A stretch of DNA of 57,554 nucleotides, filler included, from Dirinaria sp. TL-2023a (lineage: Eukaryota), in assembly GCA_051941275.1 (NCBI GenBank). It is 5 parts of 5 records of this genome, joined end to end, with 100 filler letters (N's around TTAATTAATTAA, not from the genome) between each part and the next. Parts side by side here need not be neighbours in the genome. Positions count along the whole stretch, not along the records: positions 11,580 to 23,036 come from JAVEBF010000844.1; 4 more parts are not named here. One strand, 5' to 3'. Every line of letters begins with the position of its first letter. Position 1 is the first letter of the stretch. The position numbers were made by a program, and so were the translations under genes. The notes beneath the pieces were generated by a model that saw nothing but the letters and a program-made list of their open reading frames with translations, did no database searches and was not told the DNA's origin. Shown in pieces: positions 12,040-23,136 of the stretch.

Positions 12040-14243
12040 TCATTCAGCAAACGCTGAGGGGCTCAGGCAACCTTCTTGACCTTTCAAGCCGGGTTCTGAG
12101 GAAACCCAGTCAAGCGCTCCGTCCCCCGGTGGGATACTCTCTGCGGACTGTCCCGATTCCTCCAAGTCTTGTGGCCTTGTAGAGCATTGCGGCATTTGCC
12201 TTATTCCTGGGGAAGGGTTTCCGCTTTTATTTAGGTATTGCATAGTGGATGCTAATGTTCGGTCATTGAGATAATGGACTGGGTATTGAGAATTGATTTC
12301 TAGATGGCGAGCGTGCTTCTTCATGATTTCCGTGAATGTAAACGCGCCAGACCTAAATCGAGAAGTCCATTAGCTTTTTGTTAACAGTAAAGGAATTGGC
12401 ACCTACAGCGAGAAATTCCCGGCGCAACAATGACCGGACAACACATGGATACCCGTATACTGACCCGGTTTAGTTTTGGCGCCTCCCCAAAACTCATCTC
12501 TGTGTAAGCTGGCATAGAAATTCAGAGTATCACAAGCAAGGTTGACTTTGATGTTTAAGTTGGCCACACTAAAACACTATTTACATCAGCAAAGTCACAG
12601 TGAACCCGGATCTGGTAGAGACATCACGTACAAAATGGGGCCAGGCCTGCATATTGGTATTCAAACCTCGGATGGAACTATGAACACGACCCAGATGATG
12701 TGCCATGACACCTTTGTCTCGACGGTAGTCTTTGTTTCGCTTGCTATGGTTGAAAGCATTCAATTGAGTGAATATTTGCTCAAAAAGGCGAGAGCACTCG
12801 ACAGTGACTTGGCGAAGCCACTCAAGCACCAGGTACGGAGCCGCAGGGTCCTGGCCTAGAGCATCGTCCAACTTGCAAGCGTCGGGCATGCTTAGCAGAG
12901 CTATACAAGCCATAAAGCGTCCGCAAAGGCACTACACACATAACCTTATCAGTCCAGCTCGTGTACAAATGTCAAGACCTTACCTACCTCAAAGGCCGCG
13001 ACGCCGTAGAAGTTTTCTATCTGACCCCATCGTTCAAGATCCCTCTGCCCTGTCTGAACAATGGACAAAACTTGGTCCATCCTCTCGTCGCTATGAAGCT
13101 CAGAGGATCTGCGTACCAGTTCTTGCAAGTCGAGCTCATACAGCACGTACTCTGGACCTCGACTAGCTGGGACTGCGGAGGATATTGCATCATTTGCATG
13201 GCGGGTAGATGCTATAATGGTGACCTTGTACGATTGATCCTCGCTGCTGCGACTGTCTTTGAGGAAGGAGCCATCTACGCTCTGGAAGCTTGCTGCCAAC
13301 CGGGACCAGGCGTCTGGTTCATTAGCAAACATTCTTAGGATTGCCATCATCCGGCACTTACTGATATCTATCAAAGCCGGAGCTTTGATCGGTCCTTTGC
13401 AGTAGACATTTTGGATGTTGTGCTTCTTGGTGTTCTGATTATAGCATCTCTGACAAATGTTGGGATTTTCAGAGCTGGGTTCACACTGCTGTTCGTTAGA
13501 AAGCTGACGAGCCCTTGCGAAAGCGCTCTGACCACATATCTCGGGTGGCAAGCATGGCACTTGTTTCCCCCTTTTCTCTTTGATTGAACAGGCTTTTGAG
13601 GGTCATATTGTGTAAATGGACGCGCAGAGTTCGCTCGCGGCGGTGTTTGTAGTGTATTGCCCGATTGAGCCACACGATCCTGAGTAGACAGGACGTCGTG
13701 GGAAGTGGACGACTGAGGTGTGGTCGCATACGAATCCACCTAAAGCCCACAATAGATCAGTTCTTGGGTCGCCGCGACGATGACATGCGCGTAAAAATTT
13801 GTGGACGGCTTTGCAATCTCGAAAGATTGCAGAGTCATTGCAAAGTCAATAGGCGAAAATCCTCTAGTGACGAAGGCACCAATAGATAGATTTGGGCCCT
13901 GATTAGGGATTCAAGAATCCAGAGCACCACCACAGACTTCTTTGTCCTCTGCGTTAGGTGAAGCTCCAGAAGACTCACCCATGAGCACGTTGCAGAGGGC
14001 AAACTGGCGAAGGCTTACCTGAGACAAAGCCTCGTTGCTCCCGTAAGAGAATTCGGACTGGACCTCCGGAATCGACATTGGTTCAGATTCAATGCCTAGA
14101 GGTAAAAGCGTGCTTGACGCGTATCCATAGGCGAAATCGCCTGCAGAACTTTGGGGTGTGCAAGAAGGCTTGCACATACTGCAAAATATCTCGACGGTGC
14201 TGTCATCGAGCTCGTTAAAACAGCCAGCGCAATAACGGGACAT
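12040..14243 (-). CDS. Orphan multi-exon protein with an atypical Zn2Cys6-like cluster (about 6 exons)
   Basis: ORFs 13911-14348, 13371-13739, 12949-13560, 12581-12913 and 12040-12324 can be joined in frame through GT-AG introns with branch sites (e.g. 14018-13740, 13532-13489). Splicing creates KRKGGNKCHACHPRYVQCEPSSENPNICQRCYNQNTKKHNIQNVYC. The first exon is less certain. Confidence 0.7.
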
Positions 14244-15666
14244 TGTGGCACATGCCAGCTCAGGCACGGATTGGCTGAGCAAGGCTGTATGTGATTGTTT
14301 ACAAGAGGTGATGGTCCGAATCCCATGAAATAGCATTTGCACGATCATCTGATTGACTAAGGAAGCCGAGCATGGTCCAAGCGTGTTTCTCTACGCTGTA
14401 AGGACAGGGCATCAGCCATAAAAAGAGCCATCAATTGCCAGTGAAGTGGGTTGGATGCAGGGAGAAAAAAAGCAGAGGCAGGGATTGTGGGATGGCATAT
14501 TTCCCAATGCGGTCTAGCGTGCGTGGTACCTCGAAGGCCGCAACAATTTCGCCCAGCACTGGTTTGAATAGTATAAAATGGCCACCAGAGCTCCATCACA
14601 AGGAGGTAATTCATTCTTGTTTATTTCAATTCTTACGAGACGCATCACAAACGCCAGACCCCCGTATCGGCTGGTGCGAGCCTTTGGGATGAAAGCCTCG
14701 AAGGAACGGAACTGTTGTCCGTACCAAGCCATACCTTAGCAGCGTATCTGAAGATTTTCAGCTAATGGTGCGATATCGGATGAAGACCAAGCACAATAAC
14801 GAATAAGGAAAGCAATCCAAAGAAATATCGTCCCCATCAAACCTTTCCGGCATCTTCGGCTAGCGCACTTTTCATAGCAGAACACGAGATCAGTACCTAC
14901 AAAAGGCCAACATAGAAACAGCAGCCATGCTGTAAGTTTGGGCAAGCCTACCTTCGAACCCTGCTGACGCTTGGCAAGGAAGTCTTCGCTACCTCCAGTT
15001 CTGAGTTCTGAGAACTCTGCCTGAACAATGTTCATACACCCAAAGAGGCCCAGCCCATAACTCCACACGAACTGAACAGAGACCAGCACGAGGCCTTGCG
15101 CTCGAACACGCATCAGCGTCAGAGCCAACCGGCCCACGATACGGAAACTTATCTTTGAAATCGTGATAAGCAATACTGAACCCAAGTGGGGGCCCCGATG
15201 AATGTGACGAGGTCTTCTCGCGTCAATTCCTTGCGAAAACTGACGGCTGGGAGAGAAATATTTCGGGCGAACACTCGACTGCTTTTCGCTGAGGCTTAGT
15301 ATCATGCGGTTTTGACATGATCTGCCGTGGAGCCGTTTGCAGGAAGAGAGCAGCGTTGGACAAAGTGCAACGGAGCGTCCTTAGGGTTTCCATCCTGTCT
15401 TGAGGGAGGAGGACTATGGACCTGATATCTTGCGTACATTCCAATAGTACGGAAGCTTACAGAGGTGCTGTCCATCCCGTGTTCCACTTCTTGAAGACAA
15501 GTCTCGTACCTGCTTCTTGGAGTTGCTTGTTTCTTACAAGGAACATATTATTAATAGAGAGAATCCTTTACAGTCGGAAGCTATCGCCGGGAGTCATCGA
15601 GTCTTTTAGATGCATCCCCACCGCCTCTAGCGGATAGCCCGCCTCAAACACAAGCTCCAATCCCGC

Positions 15667-15692
15667 AGCCCCTAGTGGCGCTACTAGGGGCT
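15667..15692. repeat. 26-bp near-perfect palindrome AGCCCCTAGTGGCGCTACTAGGGGCT
   Basis: The 10-bp arms AGCCCCTAGT / ACTAGGGGCT are exact reverse complements; one mismatch over the full 26 bp. Confidence 0.85.
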
Positions 15693-17211
15693 AAGATAAT
15701 GTGTTCCTTTAGAGTGAATTGTCATTTTTTTTACTGTGACCTTCCAATATTATGTAATGTGACTTGCAAGTCCTTGCAGATCGCCACATGGGAATCATAT
15801 AAAGTTGTTTGTAAGTTGAGCGAGCTTACTACTAGCTTATTGGTCTCGTAGCTCTCGGCAGTCTGGGAGTAGCTATCGCTTTATATCCTGGTTTCTGAAG
15901 TGCCCTGAGGTCGTATTTGTTCGTAGGAGCCGCAGCGTACTCGTAAGATATGATAGCCTCGGCATTATGATAGGCTTAAGATACGATGATTTTTTCGGTT
16001 ATTCGGGCCAACATTCTTGGCGCTGCCTCTTTCGGACGACGATGAAACTTGCCAGAGAAGCTGATCATCTTGATTTCGCGGTCTTTACGGCCATTGTCGA
16101 TCCATTGTTCTTCTCGAGGTCCTAATGTTTGGTCGAATAGTGCCTGAAAACCCTGAAAAGAGTCATCGCTAGGTTATACGAGCTCCAACTATCGATCGGA
16201 CATGCCGCCGCATCTGGAAACAGTCTCCGTTGCTTTCCGTGATTACCATTTTTGATGTTGACGAATCGTTATTTCTCAATACCGCCTATCAAAGGATCCG
16301 GTTGGTCATCATTGACGGTGCGGTCCGCAGCGCTCTCCGCCAGAGGAGCAAATCAATCACTAGCTGCTGCCTCCGGTGGTCGACTAAGGGCTCCCGTGAC
16401 TCGGAACTTTCGCGCGAGCTTCTTTCGCAGCTTGAACAAGCAGAGCAATGATTAGAAAGACGAATGGCAAAAGAGCGGTGAATCCCCACAAAGCTGTGTC
16501 AAGGCGACACGGGTCCCCTCCCTTGCGTCGGAAAGCAACCTAGCTCTGAAAGCTGAAAAGACTGTGTGGAAGCCATCAAAGCCTGGTGAGGTGATGAACA
16601 AGTGATCTGTTATATGAGATATGTCGTACAGATCTGATCAAATGATTTATCCGAAGGTCGGCGAACGCTTCTATGGAGGCAGACTAATTTGGCTGCCTGC
16701 ATAAGTGTGTGCTCGGATCCCAGACATACACGGTCGGCACTCACGATAATGTCATAACGTTTTCTTGAGTGCCCACGTGCTATCCACGGCAATACATATA
16801 TTCGTCTATGAAGTCAGTAAAGGGCTTTACCGGTCTCGACGGGGGTTCCCTCTCTGTTCTGCGCTTTTGGTTTTGGCGGGGCCAGGGGGGTTGCTTGAGA
16901 CGGAGTTCGAGCATCGCTGTTACATCCCTGCAAAATATTAGGGATGTAGGGGATGATGATCTCTACCGAGGATGATAAGTGTCGGATAGGATTCAAAATC
17001 GTCAAAGTGTCTATTGATATCTACATGATTTCATCGTACGTCGTTGATACAACTTTCAATGACCGCGAACGGTACACCCGTATATGGATGGCTCCTTGCG
17101 GGTAGGAGCGCCAGCAACTGTCTACGATACATCTCCCAAGGGAATGATAGAGAGAGCCGCCGGTTCGCCTCAACTGGTCGCGTGCTAGAGCTACGAGGTC
17201 ATCGCCGGCAC

Positions 17212-19019
17212 TTATCGCTCTGAGGCAATAACGTATTCGATAATATCGACATTAGGGCCCGCCCACCTTTTCCTTGCCCAAAGAAACCAAAGACTGACAG
17301 CAAAGAGCAGGACAAACCCGAAAATCGGTCCAGCATAATTCATGTTGCTTCCCGTCACTGGAACGGTGCTGGGGAATGGGAGGAATATTATAATCCAAAA
17401 TGTGTAAATCAACGCAAAAACATTAACAGATAGACCAAAGCGACCCAAATTCCATCCACCGAGCTGGACAGGCTCTTCCTTGTTGAAGCGGGCGTAGATC
17501 ATACAGCTAATGGCGATGAAGTAGGAGAAGTAAAGGCCAAGTGATGAGAGGGCGATGATCGCACCAAAAGCTGTCATGCTACCAATGTTCAGCAGGGCGA
17601 GAAGCATAACGATGCTAGCGGGTAGTAAGACCGCTCGAACTGGAACCCGAAGTCGAGGGTTGACCTGTCATCGCCACGGTCAGCAGTCTAGCCAAGACGC
17701 TTAATCAAATAAAATATTTACATATGCGAATGTGGCAGGCAATCCACCATCACGCGCCCACGCCCATGTCAGACGAGATACTGACGATAAACTGGCCAAG
17801 GTGACGCATAGAGAAATGATGGTTAAGAGCGTAAGAAGACTAGTGGTCGCCTTTTTAGAGCCTGTGACGTTTTGTACGATGACGATAATTGGGAACGTGG
17901 AATTCAGGTCATCTGTAAGCGATCCGGAGGCGAACAGCAGAGCCAAAATCATGGCATAAGCCAGGATCCCATTAAGAGCAATGGTCCAAAAGAGTGCTCG
18001 GGGAACCGCATGCTTAGCTTTTCTTACTTCCTCGGACATATGCAACGCGCCATCGAACCCCGTGAATGACCAGGTAGAGGTCAACATTCCGATGTTCCAG
18101 GCAACGAAGGTGTTCGACCATCCGGACGAAAAGTTCTGGCTTGTGAAGACGTAGGTGGCAGTGTGCCGACGCCCGAGTACAAACAGGACGACGAAGAAGA
18201 CGAAGAAAAGGCACACATGAAGAATACCAGCCAATAGCTCGATCTTGGGCACCAGTTTATAAGTGAAGATGTTGATAAGCACCTGACTAACAACAATGGC
18301 GTAGACGATCATAGTGACATGCCATTGCTGGCCAACATATGTCGGAATATTGAACTCGATTAGATTCTGGAGGACAGAGGCGGTGAGATTAGCAATGCCA
18401 GCGAGGAGAGATATCCAGCCAAACCAGGTCACCCAGCCTAAACGAGTGAGAAATTGCAACAGATACACACGAACGAAGAGTTACCTTGAATCCAAGTGGC
18501 AAATCGTTTGACTCTTTTGGGAGCAAGTGCGTGTGTCCAGTGATACTGTGCGCCAGCAATGGGCTGCATGGAGGCCATCTCCGCTAGTGACGCTGCTTGC
18601 GCTAATGCGCCAACATATGCAATAACGAAACTCCAGGCAAGAGCCTGAGGACCTCCATTGTATAAGGCGAAGTACATGTTGCTGAAGGCCGAGTCAGTCC
18701 GCTAGGTTGTCTTGATCGGATGGAGAGTGGCGGCCGTACGTGCACATGCCCTCCCATGTGGACATGAACGTCAAGGAGAAGGCAAAAATCTGTGTAAAAT
18801 TGAAGATTCTCTTGTCACTAGTGAGCCAGCATCTAAGAAGAAAGAATGTTCCCAGCTTCATACGCTAAGTCGAGCTGTGTTCTCAATATTCCTTTCAGTT
18901 CGAGCATTGCTTGACTGAGGTTTATCGTCGTCATCTTTGTTGCACCCAACATCGTCGATAGCCACATGATGCCTCTTGCTATCTAGCTTACAATCTTGCT
19001 CATTGGGGGTCATATTCAT
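17212..19019 (-). CDS. Amino acid/choline/GABA permease (APC superfamily, ACT family), about 5 exons
   Basis: Spliced segments RIFNFTQIFAFSLTFMSTWEGMCT, NGGPQALAWSF, SLAEMASMQPIAGAQYHW, GFDGALHMSEEV, SRLTWAWARDGGLP and NMNYAGP, with many hydrophobic TM segments. Confidence 0.95.
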
Positions 19020-20070
19020 CGGTACAAGGGCTTGGGAGGCAAAGAGGAGAAGTAGAACAAAGCGTTTTCTGAGATACGAATGTGGTGATAGCTCGACTGA
19101 GGGGCTTCGGATAAGGTAAGAAGTGCCTTAATTCGATGCTGCGATAGGACGTAGCTCGAGCCTTGAGTGAACAAATCCAGAGGTCTAGTACATAAAATTC
19201 CATTCCCTGTCTGACTGGCGGGGCCCAGGATTCCTTCGGCAGAGGTGAGGATGCTTTACCGCGCCTTCCAGACCAAGACTTAACTGCAGCTTGCCAGGTG
19301 GTTATCGTTGTGCATATCGATGCATACCTACCTCAAGCCAATCATATGCAACGCTCAATACATGTTTTGAATATAGCTAAGTCCCCATTAAAAAACCCCA
19401 GAATCACTTATGAGTATAAATTATGTAGAAATCCTGTATGTAGCATATGCGAAAGTCAAATTACAATATTTACCTTTTTTGTCCCAAGTATAATCATCCG
19501 ATTCGAAAAGGTCGACCTCTACAAGTTTGCTAGACATGCCAGATTTTCGTTCTCCCCTTGGGGCTCAAGGAGCCAGTATTCAGGACTAAATTACTGTTCA
19601 GACTTCACGTCGAGAAGTCTTTCGGTTCTGTTATTCCAATGGGCCCAAATTCAAATTTGAGAAATCCGCTTTTTGAAGGCCTAGGTATTGTTTGGTTCGG
19701 AACAATGAGTGTATGCTTAACGATTGCCAAAAGTAGAAGTGATGAAAAGATTCAGGAGGGGAGGCAGCCTACATCCACATCCTCCTTACCGTCTGTCTAC
19801 TTATTTTTCCAATGGCTGATGATGCATCCAGACAAGCTACCAAGCTACCTACCGAAGGATCAAGCAAAAGTTTCAAGCCAATCTCGCATCAGAAGTGTAT
19901 CAAGTATCTGGATTCGACACGATCCTGAGCGTTGAGACCCAAGAGGGAGGACTATCTGGAAGTTTGAAAGAGAAGTTTGCTAGCGAATTTACATCCCTGA
20001 GTAGCATCTGCATTAGATTGAATTATACTTAGTTTAGTCTAGCACATCTGAGCTTGATGGCTTGGCACTT

Positions 20071-20312
20071 TGACGCGTTACGTCATGGATCTTGAGAAAT
20101 ACCTTACCTTACGGTAGTACTATGTACTTTACTTACTCCATGATGCGCGTCCAAATCCCGTCAATTACTTGACTTGATGCTTCGAACTTGAGAGCACCTC
20201 ATCATTCTTCCAGACTATGCTCGAGAAGTCGATTCTCTTTCATCAGCTTCATTGGCACATATTCTCTGTGAGATTTGCTGAAAAGCGCGTTTTCGTCTGA
20301 TCTTGGTCGCGT
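20071..20312 (+). promoter_or_regulatory. Cluster of MCB-like (CGCGT) elements upstream of the SNF2 gene
   Basis: ACGCGT at 20073 (inside TGACGCGTTACGTCA), and CGCGT at 20146, 20286 and 20308. Confidence 0.55.
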
Positions 20313-20404
20313 CTACGGTTCCAAATCTTGGTGATTTCCAGTGCCGTCAATTCCATTGATTACTCCAAATCTGCTCTCCCATTCTACCACTGAAGTCTGA
20401 CAAC

Positions 20405-22767
20405 ATGAGCTCCACACCGATGACTCCAGGCTCTGTTGATGGCGCCAAGTCTCCTCTCTCTAGTCCTCCGTCATCGCCACCCTCTGCTCAAGAAGAGGAC
20501 GCGGAGTACACTCCCAAGATGGAGAAAGTAAGCGAATCGAAGACCAATACCGCAGCCGAACCCAACCGAGCCTCTCTCGAAGGTCTTGAGCGTTATTTAG
20601 AGGGTAGTCAGGTACGCGAGTGCGAAACGCGTAAATTGCCCCCTTGGTGTGTAACTAATCGCGTTGTCTAGAATTTCTCGACAACTCTGATGGATCAGCT
20701 GAAGCAAGCACTTGAGGCGCGAAAGTCTAAAGCAATTGAACAGCCAAAACTCCTGACAGGAGGAGCAATGAGAGATTATCAGCTGGAGGGTACCACCTGG
20801 CTTACCTGCCTTTACCAAGTCGGTCTCAGTGGACTTTTATCCGACGAAATGGGCCTGGGCAAGACGATTCAAGTCATCGCCTTCATCGCCTGGCTTCGTG
20901 AGATCGGAACATACGGCCCAAACCTGATCGTCGTTCCTGTCAGCACACTTGGTAATTGGATGAACGAATTCAAGAAATGGGCTCCCGCAATTCCTGTAGT
21001 CAGCTATCACGGTCCTCCCACGGAGAGGAAGCAGATCCAATCGAGAAAGTTGAAAGGCGACACAAGGAGCTCGACTTATCCAATAATCATCACGTCCTAT
21101 GACTTGTGCATGAAAGACCGGAAGTATCTGAGCAAGTTCAAATGGAAATTCCTGATAGTAGTATGTGTTCGATCTTATCAAGTGACCAGTCAGGCTAACT
21201 TTGGCAGGACGAAGGGCACAGGATGAAGAACTTCAATTGCAAGCTGGTGAAGGATCTTCGCACTTTCGAAAATGAGAGTCGGATCTTGATCACCGGCACT
21301 CCTCTACAGAATAATCTGGCCGAGCTCTGGTCGTTGCTCAACTTCCTCCTACCCGAAGCCTTCACCAACCTTGAACAATTCGAAAACATGTTCAATGTCT
21401 CGGACGTCCAATCAAAGAAGGGAGAGAAGCCGACCATGTCGGCAGAGTACAGAGCCAAAACCATCAATTCCTTGCATGCAATCCTGAAACCGTTCCTTCT
21501 CCGCCGCGTCAAGAACGAAGTAGAGCAAGATCTACCAAAGAAACGAGAGTATATACTGTACGCCCCCTTAACAACAGTACAGAAAGAGATGTATCGCAAA
21601 ATCAAGGACAACGAGATCCGGCAGTACCTTGAAGAAAAAGCCATCGAACGGATCGGCGGCCAGGTCCAAAACCTGTCCGTCAAGAACCTCAAACGGAAGG
21701 CCAACAGCGGCACCTCTTCGCCGAACAAAAGCGCCAAATCGTCTCGCTCCTCGACACCTGCATCGACTCGCTCTGTCCGATCTACGCGCGGCAAACGGAA
21801 AGACTACACCGAAGTCAGCGACCGCCAATTCTTCAAGGAACTCTCCCAAAGCCCTTCGCCTCACACATCCGAAGACGATGACAAAGAAGCCAACAGCGCC
21901 GCCATTCTCGCCCAAGCCCGGAAGGAAGTCTCAGCCAAAGCCCTCCAGAACCCCCTGATGCAGCTCCGTCTCGTCTGCAACTCGCCACACCTCTTCGCGA
22001 AACCCTGGCCGATGGACTCAGACCCGGACTCGCGCCTCGTAACCGACAGCGGCAAGATGCTGATGCTGGACAGTCTCGTCCCAGCTCTGCTGGCCTCGAA
22101 CCACAAAATCCTCCTCTTCAGCCAGTTCCAGAACCAACTCGACCTGCTCGAAGACTGGGCCACGGTCCTGCACTCCTGGCCCGTATGCCGCATTGACGGG
22201 AGCGTCAAAGCCAGCGACCGCTCCGACGCCATCTCCACCTTCAACTCCGACCCCGAGGTCAAAATCTGCCTCCTCACCACCCGCGCCGGCGGACAGGGGA
22301 TCAACCTCGCCGCCGCAGACACGGTGATCCTGTTCGACAGCGACTGGAACCCGCAACAGGACCTGCAAGCTCAAGACCGCGCGCACCGCATTGGCCAAAC
22401 CCGCCCCGTCATCATCTACCGCCTCGCGACGAAGGGAACCATCGAACAGACCCTGCTGGAGAAAGCGGACGGCAAGCGCCGGCTGGAGAAACTGGTGATC
22501 CAGCGGGATAAGTTCAAGGGCCTTCTCACCAACGATAAGGAGAAGCTGGACAATGAAACGGTGGACGATGAAGATGAGATCGAACTTTATGATCCGGTGG
22601 GAGAAGGCGAGGAGGTGCTCAGTCCGGAGGAACTCAAGCGGTTGACGGATCGCAGCGAGGAGGCGTATAAGACCGAGGGAGAAGGGAGAGGGGTGCAGAG
22701 TAGTCGGTTCAGAACGTTTGAGACGAGGAGGGATGGACAGGATTTGTTGGGGGATATGGGGAGGTGA
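20405..22767 (+). CDS. IRC5: SNF2-family chromatin remodeller, Lsh/HELLS/DDM1/Irc5 subfamily (3 exons, about 750 aa)
   Basis: QPKLLTGGAMRDYQLEG, DEMGLGKT (Walker A), LIV|DEGHR split by intron 21161-21207, TGTPLQNNLAELWSLL, FDSDWNPQQDLQAQDRAHRIGQ and KRRLEKLVI. Intron 1 is 20612-20671. Confidence 0.93.
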
Positions 22768-23036
22768 AGGAAAAAAAGTAAAAGACAAGAGGAGCATGAT
22801 GCGTTTTTGTGATTCCCCTTGAACTTTTTTCTTTTTTTTGTTTCTGCTCCTGCTCTTCCGATCCAATGTTAGTGAGTGAGGCGGGCGAGTGATGTATATA
22901 TATAACAACAGAACATGAAAACCACAGAAAAAGAGAAGAGAAAAATCTTTTTTTTTCTCCAACCTACATACATACATTATGTGTACATAAGGAACCCATT
23001 TCCACCCCTCCCCAAAAAACCCAAATTTTTGCTCTT

Positions 23037-23136
23037 NNNNNNNNNNNNNNNNNNNNNNNNNNNNNNNNNNNNNNNNNNNNTTAATTAATTAANNNNNNNN
23101 NNNNNNNNNNNNNNNNNNNNNNNNNNNNNNNNNNNN
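23037..23136. other. Artificial contig spacer
   Basis: 44 N + TTAATTAATTAA + 44 N. Confidence 0.98.

Noticed and set aside
14736..15305. 189-aa minus-strand ORF
   Set aside because: No recognisable motif, atypical composition and no splice support; probably non-coding.
22018..22977. 319-aa ORF antisense to the SNF2 gene
   Set aside because: Shadow ORF caused by GC-rich codons, starting in homopolymer sequence.
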